Notes under the pieces: model-generated
The model's database searches: none
What the model saw: only the letters and a program-made list of their open reading frames with translations
Told to the model about the DNA's origin: nothing
Made by a program: the position numbers and the translations under genes
Shown here: positions 51,332-63,567 of the stretch, one piece after another
Layout: every line of letters starts with the position of its first letter
Numbering within the stretch: the first letter of the stretch is position 1
From: Asterias rubens
Lineage: Eukaryota
Direction: 5' to 3'
NCBI RefSeq assembly: GCF_902459465.1
Contig: NC_047073.1
Span: 2,170,001-2,234,000, forward strand
Length of the DNA stretch: 64,000 nt

Positions 51332-51680
51332 TGACTTCGTAGCTGCTTTAGACAGTGAACGGGTGCCCAACCCCAGTGAGAATCTCCTCAAGGAATGGTC
51401 GATGGAAGGAGGCGTCACAGTGGCTGATCTACTTGAGGTTCTACAAAAACCTTGTCTATAGAGAGGAAGGACATCATCCAAGAAGTCAAAGCTCAAATGT
51501 CTTGATGACTTCGTAGCTGCTTCAGACAGTGAAGGGTGACCAACCCCAGTGAGAATCTCCTCAAGGAATGGTCGATGGAAGAAGATGTCACAGAGTGGCT
51601 GATCTACTTGAGGTTCTAGACAGACCTGGTCTGGAGAGGAAGGACATCATCCAAGAAGTCAAAGCTCAAATGTCTTGATG
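51162..51680 (+). repeat. Triplication (~173-bp unit) of the 3' part of the death-domain exon
   Basis: Units start at 51162, 51334 and 51508; the first is coding, and copies 2-3 lie after the stop and carry indels or stops. Confidence 0.92.
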
Positions 51681-54600
51681 ATTTGTTTCTTCCTTTCTTG
51701 AGAAAAGACTACGTTTATTTGACGCCGTTATGCTCGAGGATTATTTCAAAAATGGAAAGAAAGCCTGAGTTCAATATATCATTAGAACGCCGTTATGAAC
51801 ACCTGCCCCTTTTGAGGATTAATTCAATAAGCATTGCAGCGTAGTCTCCTATACTCAAGACAGGAACTGCAGCGCACAAAACCCCGCACTGTGTAAAAAG
51901 CAAAATGCTTCCCGGATCAAGAGACTAAAAAACGACCTTTCGGAAAAGTACGGACTTATCCGGATTTGGTGTGTTTGACATCTCCGTTCAGAACATTGTA
52001 CCTTTCAACAACAACATTTATTTCCATTTCACATAATAATGTGTGTCGGTATCATACAAAATGACGATTTACATTACAACAATCCCCGGTGAGCGTTTGC
52101 TTGAATATGAGACTTTCTGGGACGATAGGTGGCAGCAGACTTACCGGGTAAAGTCATTGTTCTCATAATTATGCGCATGTTTAGAACTACGTAAACAATG
52201 GAAGTTTACCAGCTAAGTCTGCTGCCACCTAGCGTTGGAAAATCTCCCATTGGAATACCATACAGGACAAGACAGACAAAAACATTTACAGATATACGGA
52301 CAGACAGACAAAAGGGGTAAAAAACACTGTCAGAAATAATTGCAAGAATTTACACTCTTAAAACATGAGATGCCCCATCCCTGTTTTAACACGGGTGCCA
52401 GGGGTTACCGCAGCGTGCAGTACAATGTGATAACGTGAACACTTGATTTAGATTGTTGAAGTCATCTTTTTTCTTAGCTAATTAATAATCTTACGAGAGG
52501 CTGTAGTTTGACCAAAAGAAGATTAAACAAATTACGTTTAAACTTTTGCCGTTTAATTATGAAGATATTATACTGTGAAAGATATTTTTTGGGGGTACAC
52601 AATCATAATGTTGAAAGTGTTTTCTAATTGGATATTTCGAGTCCATGAGTCGTACTTCCAGGGGGGGGGGGGGGGGCGGGATGCATGTCAAACGGGTTTT
52701 GCATGAAGATAGAACTTAAAGGGTTTCACTTGTTTTTATGGCAAACTAACTTAATTACCCCTTTGTCCCTGCACAGCCCGAGTTTGCTGAAAAGACATTC
52801 TTTGGCTTTTCAATATTCTTGCAGTGACTATAATTATAGTTCAAATTTCAAAACAGCCAAGGCTTATCATTAACGTGCAATTGTAATATTTGTCCTTTTC
52901 AATATAAGCGTTCAGAAGTCATGAGTCCCCAGGGTACATTAAGTGCCTCTCGTTAACGGCTGACGGGAATTCGTTTATGATTATTAATTTTATAATGCTA
53001 AAATGAATACATCAATAGCTTTTCAAAGCTTTTTATCTGGAGCAATGCTCTTACTGTTAATTGCAACGGATTCAAGGAATTAGTTTTCGGCAGTTTCATC
53101 ATGATGAAAGACAATTTCAATTTTTGGTTTGTTACAAAATGAGCATTTTGTGCTAAAGAGCTAAATTATTTCATCATCATTAGTGTCTACATGTTACAAG
53201 TCAACTGTGAAGGGGGAATTAATAATGATCTGCAAACGATTGCTAGACTCTGCCTTTACTTTTACTTTAGTTTTATTTTGATGTTACTTTGTTTTCTCCA
53301 AACACAAGCTACATGTATACAGTGAGGTTTTCTTATCCCGCATAGAGCATCGCTTTAGGCGGCTGGGCATTCCAGTGATTAAAGGGTCTGGGTGGATTTC
53401 ACAAAGAGTTAGAGGCAGTGGACACTTTTTGGTATTTACTCAAAATAATTATTAGCATAAAACCTAACTTGGTGACGAGTAATGGGGAGAGATTGATGGT
53501 ATAAAACATTGTGAGAAACGGCTCCCTCTGAAGTGCCATAGTTTTCGAGAGAGAAGTAATGTTCCACGGATTTGATTTCGAGACCTCAGATTTAGAATTT
53601 CAGGTCTCGAAATCAAGCATCTAAATGCACACAACTTCGTGTGGCAAGGTTGTTTTTTCTTTCATTGTTATCTCGCAACTTAGACGACCGATTGAGCTCA
53701 AATTTTCACAGGTTTGTTATTTAATGCATTTGTCGAGATACAGCAAGTGTGAAGACTAGTCTTTAACAATTACCAATAGTGTCCACTGTCTTTAAGACTA
53801 GTCTTATCTCGAGTTAGGACGAGTTATTCGTCTTAACTTAGGACTAGCCATACGTTTCGTATAACTGTTAGGACTAATCCTAAGTCAGGACTTGTCCTAA
53901 CTCCTTGTGAAATCGACCCCTGGACACTTTTGTATAGGACACAAAACACAGTGTCCAAAAGATTTACATTAAACTGGACTGGCACTGGACACTATTGGTA
54001 ATTGTCAAAGACTATTCACTTGGTGTATCTCAAAATTATACACAACATAACAAATCTGTGAAAATTTAGACTGGTCATCGAGGTTGTAAGAGAATAATGA
54101 ATGAAAAAACCTTTGGTGCCCAAATTTGTGTGCTTTCAAATGCCTAAAAAAAGGTTTCAGGCACGAAGTCATGTATTACTCGAGTGCGAAATTACCCCTT
54201 TCTCAAGTTAATGGTTACTTCAGAGGGAGCCGTTTTTTACACTGTTTTATACGATCAACAGCTCTCCATTGATCGTAATACCAAGTACGTTTTTATGCTA
54301 ACAATTATTTTTACCAATAGTGCCCAGTGCCTTTAAAGGAACTCATTAAAAACCTTTCGTCATACAAATACGTCGCGCCACTGCTTTGGTGATGGTGGGC
54401 CATGAAGTGCAACATTGCCATTTCTGGGAATTTATTGAGAATAAAAGTCTACTTAAAATGCTAATATAATTCAGACGCCATTTATTGCATCCTTTTTTAT
54501 TGATTTGCTTTTGACGGAGACACACAGACAACGACATTGCTCATGTTGCACTTTAAAGGGACACGCTGCCTTGGATTGGACAAGTTGGTCTATGAATAGT

Positions 54601-57600
54601 GTTTGTAACCGATTGTTATAAAATGCAAATGGTTAGAAATATGTTTTAAAAGTACAATATAATGATCCACACACTTATGATTCGAAATTGGATTGTTTTC
54701 CTTATACGTCGTGAAATACATAACACTGCACGCCAATTATTAAACTTCGTGGAGTCAATGGACCCTTCCCATGAAATATGCTAATAACATTTACGCATGC
54801 GCACAGACCCTATTGGTTGGCAAACGCCAAAGAGTTGTGCACTGAGCAGACGCGCAATCGCGTCTGCGTCACGCAGCCATTAGCCATGTACAAAACAGCG
54901 CGATTTTCCCTCATTTTGCCAATCAAAATGTTAGTGCGCACGCGCTGTGTGCAATTTACATATTTCATGGGAAGGGTCTATTGTTTGACTCCACAAAATG
55001 GCAGTTTCAAGTCGCAAAGTAATGGGAAAACCCCGACATTTCGAGGCTTATTTGTGTGGATCACCAATTCTACAGTTTAAAACATTATTTCTAACCGTCT
55101 GCGTTTTATAACAAACGGTTAAAAACGCTTTTTATAGACCAGCTCGCCTGATCCAAGACAACGTCCTATTTAACGCAGTGGACACTATTGGTATACTGTT
55201 AACTCAATGACAGGTGCTTTGTTTTTTTTAGAACCAGTGATTTCATCGGATACAATTATGTCATCGAGATGCATTTCTGTGACGTTGCTTTACATATCTG
55301 TATTTTGATTGGTCTGGGGTGATGTGAGCGCACCTTGTGACAAACTGATGTTTGGACCAATCAAAACACAGCATATTGGGTTTTGTTGAAAACAAAATAA
55401 CTGATTATAAGGATATTCTATTTAGTTGAGAGCTTGCAGAAAATGTTGAACTTGGTTAAAACATCTGTTGATACGATTGAGTGTTTAACTAGCATTCGGC
55501 CGACCATGCCAACCAAGGCGGTTTGTTTATCAGAAATACGTATCCCTTTGGCGTATCCTAACAGAGCAGCGCCCGACTGAGAATGGGTTGACACGGCACT
55601 AGCGAAACATTCACACGGCGTGCAGCTACCGAGCGCAACATGCAGAGGCTCCCGTGCTATACGGCAGTCTTATTTGAGGTCGGCACGGCAAAAGTGCGAC
55701 GTTTAGCGCAGGCTTGTTGCAAGAAAATTGTAATAACATGTAATAAATAATGTTATTGAACACAGAAAGATCTGAGCAAGCATTTTTTTGTACTTTTATT
55801 TGTTTCCTTCATAAACTTTCATCACAGATGGACGCTGTCGTGCTATTAAAACTTGCTCATTTTTTAAAGAAAAGAAAGTTAAAATTACGTCTGAAAATCA
55901 TGGTTTGCTTGCATGTTGGAATTCCTTTCCCTCTAAAGGCACTGGACACCTTTAGGTGATTATTAAAGACCTGCCAGTATTCTCACTTAATGTATCCCAA
56001 GCATAAAATAACAAACCTGTGAAAATGTTGGATTCAATTGGTCATCGAATTTGCATGAGCATAATATATAAAATAAAAAACACCCTTGTTGCATTACTTT
56101 GTGTGCTTTCTCAGATGCATAATAAAAGGCTTCGGCTGACGTCTTTTAATATTAATGATTTGAGTAAGAATTTACATATTCCTAAAAAATCTACGTTACT
56201 TCAGATGGAGCCGTTTCTCACAATGTGCTATAGGCATACTATAATCAGCTCTCCATTACTCGTTATCAAGTACGTTTTCATGCCAATAACAATTATTTAA
56301 GGAATTTACCAATAGAGTCCAGTGCCTTTAAAGTACGTTGTTTTTTGTACAAACTTCTTCAGTTACATCGGCAGTCAATAGTTTTCTTTCTGGCTCAAGC
56401 CAGGGGCTGTCACTTCTTCATTTTTAAGTGCTACCCTTTGTCTGCCGATTGGTCGACTGACAGTCGCAAAAAAAACCAAGATGAATAACAATGTTTTTTA
56501 AAGTTTTGTTTAAATGCAAATGACTGTAAAAGAGAGTCGCCAACTGCTTGGTAATCAATTTTCAGGAACGCCCTACAAAAATTTGTATCACTAAATTAGA
56601 AAAGAGTAAAACAAATCTTATTAAAGAGCCAATGAAGGATGATCTCAATATGTCAATTATTACCTTTTAATGGCCAAATAGACATCGCAGATACCGGTTA
56701 ATAACCATTTTACTCTCAAAATCTATTATAATGACCCTGGACGCCAGTGACGAATTTCCCCTATTGGTTTTGAACCCAGTTCTCCAGCTTTGGCATTTCC
56801 ACACCAAATAGCCGCCACTGACGTCACGATTCCTTTGTTTCTTTGTTTGACCCCACGTTTTTCAGAAATTTGGCTTGGGGCGTTCTGGAGAAAACCCCAT
56901 CTTTACCATGTTTTAACATGAGGTAAGAGACTCGCTATATTTTTTATGTTTCCTGGATGGACTGCAGGTGTTAGAAAACTGTAATATCTATATATTTGAA
57001 ATCATCCTTTATTGGCTTTTTAAAGAGTAAAATAAGTCGACTTTGTTTTTCCAATCAATATATCTAAGATTCTATGCATTGTTTTACAGGCAAGGTAAAC
57101 ATTTGGATTCTGGAACCGTTCACATTGTTTTAATCTCATATAAATGTATCTATATTGTATAGAATAAAAGCAACATGTGAAAATTTCATTTCAAAAGGTG
57201 TCGCGTTTTATCGCCGAAGAAACGGTTACGACCACCAAGAATAAAGAACAATCCGTAATTGGAAAACCCCATCTGAGCTGACAGTGAACATTTCTCAGTT
57301 TTTCAAATTTGTGTGGATTAAAACTTATATATTTTTTTCCCAAAACCGCATTTTTTTTTGTTCTTGAAGTGAAATTATTCTGAAAATATTTCAGCTGAAA
57401 ACTGCTGTATTATTTTTCCCGAAATAGTTTGTACTTGCAACCGAGTTTTAAAGTGATTACCAAACGTAAACCTTCCCTTTAAAAATTGCTAGAGACAACA
57501 AAGTTGCAATTTAAAACACAATTTTATGTCGTTGGTACGGTGCGTGTTGGCTTTAAATCGCCTAATATGTTAGTGTCAATCACATTATCGTCGACATTAC

Positions 57601-57723
57601 TATTTATAATTAGTAGTTATTTACAATTCGATGTCGAATATTGGATTTGCTCAATTTATGAACCGTAATCTCGCCGACACATGAACTGTCCAGGTTTTAT
57701 TGTCCGCAATCTGATACAAATGA

Positions 57724-58445
57724 TTATATTTCGTAGTAGATACAGCCTTCCCTTCCTTGGTAGTTTTTCCCCCCGTCCACATCAAACCGAGTTGCGTTAT
57801 TAAGTTCACATAAGTCTCCACCAGCCACGTTAAACGAACGGCATCCAGGTGTTTCGTTACACGCCATGCAGCAATGCAACGGTCGCTCTACGATCATGAC
57901 GTCAAGGGTGTGGTTCACGAGGCAACGCCCGTGAAATACAGAGTAGCAGCTGTTGGCCGAGTTGGAGCAAAGGGGAGGGACCGGACGCTCACATATGACA
58001 TACCTGAGTTCATTGCAATTCAAATCGTTAAACTTGTAGATGGCGCTGACCACTGCGCAATCTTCATGTTCATGACGATGTCCATCATACCAGTCAGTGC
58101 GGTACGGCGAATCACCATCCCCGGTGCAAACCCACACCCCTTCCACCGCCTTGTCGGTGCAGTCAATCCAGAATCCTTGATCCGGTTTATCGGGGAACGA
58201 ACCCTGGAACTGGTCCCAGACGAAATCATGTTCCGGTTTGGAGTTGATAGAGGGAATGTTCCCGCCATAATCCCGGCAAATCTCCTTGGCCTCGTACACA
58301 TTGTATTTCGTCCCCAATTGGTTCATGTAGCACGAGTCGCCCCACTCACGCCAGCCGCCAGGACATCGTCCGTACGCGGGGCGCTGCTCTCTGCTCCCAT
58401 CAAGTACGGAATGGTCATCAGTAAGGAAATGAGAAAACCGAACAT
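57724..58445 (-). CDS. Intronless secreted C-type lectin + C-terminal PAN/Apple domain (~240 aa) with a 1-nt frameshift (pseudogene allele or assembly indel)
   Basis: Signal MFGFLISLLMTIPYLMGAES from ATG 58445 is out of frame with RCPGGWREWGDSCYMNQ..C..FWIDCTD..EGVWVC..EDC..FNDLNC..YVICERP (CTLD) and CLVNH..CCMACNETPGCRSFN..LCELNNAT (PAN). Adding one base to the G4 run at 58378-58381 restores a single ORF. Confidence 0.85.
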
Positions 58446-60834
58446 TGTTTTAAGATTCAAAGACGCGGTGAAACAAAGGCACATGTCTAAATAATCTCCG
58501 TCTGACAAACTTTTGTTCTAATGTCTAAACACTCTGACCCGTATAACCTTCGTCTGTGTGAATCAGTAATAACACTCACTCAATTCCACTTCTTCCCAGC
58601 AACAAGCGCTTCACCAAATTAACGTGTAAAACAAATAAATTCAAAACGTATAATCAATGTTATACTTTACATTCGCGTATAACTATTTAGCCACTGAACC
58701 ACCCAACCGCCTATAAAGCGCCACACTGTAGAATGCGGTAGCAGGAAACCTTGTTTGTTGAAGAAAAAAACATCAAACATTGGTGAATCCATCTAATTGT
58801 GTAATAGATCATTATTAATTCCTCATTTACAGTTGACTTGTAAACTGTCGACGCTAATGATGACGAGATAATTAAGCTCTTACTTCCCCACCCCCACCCC
58901 CTCCCCCCAAAAAAAATAATAATAATAAATATTCAATAAAAATTAATAACTATAAGCATTGATCCAGATCAAAGCCTTGAGAAGCTATTGTGTTCATTTT
59001 CACCTTATAAAATAACAGTCGCCATAAAAAAATACCGGTAGCCGTTAACGAGAGGTATTCATTGTTCCCTACGGACTCATTACTCCGGAACAAATATTAC
59101 CCCAAAGTACACACATTGTACATGAATAATAAGCCTTGGCTTATCTTTTGAAAATTAAACCACGTTTCTAGGAAGTTACATTTGCCGTTCCGTGGGGGTG
59201 GGGGGGGGGCGTGGGGGTGCATGCCCCTTTTCCTTTGGAGGCGGGGGTGGAGAGAGACAGACGGAGGAAAAGGGGGACATGGGGCAGAGACTACCCCTGA
59301 TATAGTAACTAAAAAATATATAAAATAAAAAACACAAATAAAACCTACCATAGAGCAATGCACGTACCATGTGCACATGCTCCGTTTCTTTTTGTGGACC
59401 ACTATTATTTCACTGACAGACATTGTTTCACGAGGAATATCACGTGAAATTGTGTGTGTATAGCAGCGTGTTTCCCACACCGAACATAAATGCGAGAGAA
59501 AACATGGCTACAGGTTCATGGATCAGCTTTCAACCGAATTCTGCGCTAACTATCACGATTCCAGTAGCGCACGCCATCGAAAGCCTTTCCCTAGAGTGCG
59601 ATTAATGGTACACCTAAAACAAAACCTTCAGTAGTTCATTAATTAAGTTTACAAATTGTCTTTGTTATCTCCGAGATCGAAGTATTTTAATACCACAATG
59701 ACCTGGGGGGGGGGGGGGGGTGGGCATCACATTCACGTCACGTTCTTACAGTTGTTCCACTCAATTTGGTGCTTTATTAAAACACCACACACACACACAT
59801 TGATTGGTCAACTCATAAAGGTCCAAAATCAATGTGTTGACATTTTGTCGCCAAAGCGAGAAGAAAAAATGTCCGGGAAAAAAATTGGCCGGCGATCTGT
59901 TTTTAAGGAGAGTTTGGAGATACATGATTACTTGATGTGCAACTCATATCACGGCTGTTACATAATTCTAACATGTTGATGGCATTGATCAGTGCACTTA
60001 ATGTAAAGGTTTCCACGGCCAATTTCAGCAAACAAAAATCATTCAATTTCATTAACATGCATTCAAAGTCATGCATTTTCCCCTGATCCTCTCAAACTAG
60101 GGTTTCTTTTGAGCTCTTAATGCATTCAATCTCATTTAAGGGCATTCAAGACTAAACTTTTACCATTCTTAAGTTTAATTGCTACTACCAATTTACAGTT
60201 GACGCATTCAAATAAAGACTCACCGAAGCGAACATGATTTTGCTGCTAGTTTGCGTTTTCTTTTTCATTTATGTGCAACGAATTTCAACTTCTTTGCATT
60301 CAAATTAAAGATGCTTTATGGCTTTATGAACAAATTGAAATTACAGCTCCTTTACGAGCATATTATAAGTTGTCTTTTATGGTAAGGGGCGTTTCTCCCC
60401 TCCGTGCATTGAGGAATCCCTCATGCCTGCTCTGACAGTGATGGAGCTCTGTACTTAAAGGCAGTGCACACTATTGGTAATTACTCAAAATAGTTATTAG
60501 TACAAAACCTTTCTTGGTGGTGAGTAATGGGGAGAGGTTGATGGTATAAAACATTGTGAGAAACGGCTCCCTCTGAAGTGACATAGTTTTTGAGAAAGAA
60601 GTCATTTTCCACGAATTTGATTTCGAGACCTCAGATTTAGAACTTGAAGTCTCGAAATCAACCATCTAAACGCACACAACTTCGTGTGACAAGGGTGTTT
60701 TTTTATATTAATATCTCGCAACTCTGATGACTGATTGGGCTCAAATTTTCACAGGTTAGTTATTTTATGCATATGTTGAGATACACCAACTGTGAAGGCT
60801 AGTCTTTGACCATTACCAATAGTGTCCACTGCCT

Positions 60835-61173
60835 TTAATCTATTTTAGGATCGCCTGTTTGTTGGGTTGCCGGTTGCATAATATGAATCTGAGTTTGGTC
60901 TTGGCGAAGGGCTGTTGTGGGCGTATTATTCGACGACGCAAACTGCATAACGGGAATTCCGAATTGTGCAACGGGACCATCAGGCTTTGTGTTACATTGA
61001 ATTGGATCAGTTAGGTGGCTTTCTGACACCTGTGACTGATTCGTTAGGTCTTCAATGACATTTGTTATTACATTAATTGTATTTCCCATCATCATTTTGC
61101 CCAATTCACCCATTTGCTCAGCAAGAAGTGTTATGTGGGGGTCAGCAGTTTCTTTGTGTTTTTCACGTCCCCC
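60835..61173 (-). CDS. Possible terminal coding exon of an unidentified minus-strand gene
   Basis: An open frame of ~112 codons (GREKHKETADPHITLLAEQMGELGKMMMG..QQTGDPKID*) follows an AG at ~61174 and has non-repetitive, coding-like composition; no family recognised. Confidence 0.3.
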   Translation of the reverse strand, partial: GGREKHKETADPHITLLAEQMGELGKMMMGNTINVITNVIEDLTNQSQVSESHLTDPIQCNTKPDGPVAQFGIPVMQFASSNNTPTTALRQDQTQIHIMQPATQQTGDPKID

Positions 61174-61899
61174 TGTTTAGAACCGTTTGGCCGGCCGTGT
61201 ACAATGAAATTACCCCCTTTTCATGTAATTAATTGAGTTTGGTTTAGTGGGGATTGGGGACTCATGGAAAACAATGGAACTGAGTGTTCCCTTCTTAAAG
61301 GGAATAGTTAATATTGACTTAAAAACTGACTTGGTAATGATCATTGGAGAGCTGTTGTTAGTATAAAACATTGTAAGAAACGGCCCAATCTGAAGTACCA
61401 TAAATTTTGAGAAACGGGTAATTTCTCACTAAAATAATAACAGACTTCCAGCCGGAAGTCTTTTATTCCTCTGAAAGCACCCAAATTCGTCAAACAAAGG
61501 TGTTTTTTTTCTCTCATCATTTTCTCGCAACTTCAATGACCAATTCAGCTCAAATGTTCACAGGCTTGTTATTTTATGCTTATGTTGGGATACACCAAGT
61601 GAGAATACTGGTCTTTGACAATTACCAAAAAAGTACCTTCCCTAACTCAAAACTTTCTTTTAAGAAAGCCTTCGGTAATGTGTAGTGAGTTTTATGTATC
61701 ATTAGTTTTTAGTTTTATGGTCTATATTTGAGTGTTACTTTCTTGTATCAAAAGTTGCATTTTTACAGCCTTTTTGTTTTAGGGTGTTAATGCACTTTTT
61801 TTGCTTGTAAATTTGTATACTTTGCTTATATTTTTACGGGTGTACTTTTCTTTAAACTGTCCACTTAATGTATGTCATTTTCTTAATCTGTTGTAATTT

Positions 61900-61959
61900 T
61901 TACTGTCATGCGCCCTCGAACAGGCTGGTCCTGGCGAGAGCGCAATATAAGATCAATAA

Positions 61960-61993
<34 letters not shown>
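61900..61993 (+). mobile_element. L2-type LINE/SINE 3' tail with (ATT)n microsatellite
   Basis: TGCGCCCTCGAACAG..GAGCGCAATATAAGATCAATAAA(TTA)n, similar in layout to the tail at 20930-21002. Confidence 0.5.
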
Positions 61994-61994
<1 letters not shown>

Positions 61995-63138
61995 ACTATA
62001 AAGTCTGCAAAGTAGTCAGCTGTTTTAACGTAGCATTAATACAAATGGCCATTGTCTCAAAATAATAATAATACTACTTGACAAATTGGTTTGAAATCTG
62101 CTATAATATAGAATGGTTAAATACCGTATCACTCGCTTGTTACTGCTAGCGCTACTGTTGGGAGTGATGCTCAACAGCTTGGCCTGACTAGCAGTACAAC
62201 AATATTTCAAGTAGAAAGTATCACGCCTTTTTCATGAAAATGTATTTCTTTTTTCTTTTAAGAACGCATGGTTACAGCAGACTTCTGTCAGATTTATACA
62301 ATACAATATTAACTTCCTATTAAATCTAACGAACAGAATTGAAACTATGAGTGACAACCATGTAATACAACAAATTCAGCAAACCGCCTGACTAGCGGCT
62401 GATTTTTGTTTTAATATGGTCTAAAATTAAAATGGAACGTATAAGTAGTCCGTCGTACAAAATTCGGGGAGCACACAAGGTAGAATTCCGTGTTGGTATT
62501 AAAGGCTCTCGACTATAATCCGAGAACATTTATTAGTAGTCCCCCCCCCCGAGTTTTGTTAAAGTAATTTTTGCCATCAAATTTGTCTATGAAACTACAC
62601 GGAACAATTTATCCTCGTCCCTAATGTTGTATCTAGGTATATTTACCTTGAAGTCCTCGGCTGGAAGGGGTGAGTCGCTCAGGCTGCTGTACCAAGCGGG
62701 GGTAGAACAATAGCTCCATGGTAGAACCATTTTATATTCCTCCATGGGTAGAACACACTCAACTCAACGAGGAGACGCACACACACCGGTTGTAGTCAGG
62801 AACACGACTGTCTCGTGGCTTGGTAGAGCCCGAGAGCAATGGCCGAGCCACTGTCATGCATGGCTGGTTCATTACATAACCACAGCTCACTACATTCCTC
62901 CCAGTGTTATTTTTAAAGAATGCAAAACTGTCAAAACACAAGGTTTGCGTACTAAGACTTGCTGTTGGGGCCATCCTAATAGTCAATGTTAGCCATTTCG
63001 ATTTGTTGTTTTCAAAATTGTTTAGACCCGCCAAACCCACCCAAATTTCGATTTTCAAAAATACTCTATACACTAAAGAGCAAAGTAATGCCTCAAATGA
63101 TGCAGATTTACAGGTCACAGGACTCCAACAACGAGCAG

Positions 63139-63567
63139 GGGTGCGTTCCACTCGCGCAAACGACTCGCAACTGTTCGCGCAAACGTTTTTTTATCGTTTG
63201 AACGATTGGTGCGTATACGCGATGTCAATATGGCGGCGCCCTGAAATGAAGATGGCGCGCACCATACGTAGGTTTTTTTTAAACTTCGTTTTTGCTGCAA
63301 TAGTCCTCTTTTTGACATCATTACATCAACTAATTAACTTTGTTATTCCAAATCTGCATTATCATCCACCGAAAATACAATGTAATTATGTTTGTGACAA
63401 AGAAATAATACCGTATGCTTGTCCGCCATTTTAAAAATCACTCGCCAACACCTCCGAAGTATGTTCGCCTAAAGTTGCCAACGGTGGCGGCGAACAACTC
63501 GTTCCACTTGAAATTGTTGGCGAACGTGCGCAACTGTTGGCAACGTTTGCGCGAGTGGAACGCACCC
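63139..63567. mobile_element. 429-bp Harbinger/PIF-like MITE with CAG target-site duplication
   Basis: CAG|GGGTGCGTTCCACTCGCGCAAACG ... CGTTTGCGCGAGTGGAACGCACCC|CAG, a perfect 24-bp TIR. Confidence 0.85.

Noticed and set aside
57874-58494. 206-aa plus-strand ORF
   Set aside because: It is the antisense shadow of the CTL-PAN gene and has no recognisable motifs.
62759-63434. 130-aa (-) and 176-aa (+) ORFs near the window end
   Set aside because: They run into the 63139-63567 MITE, have no domain motifs, and lack consistent splice support.
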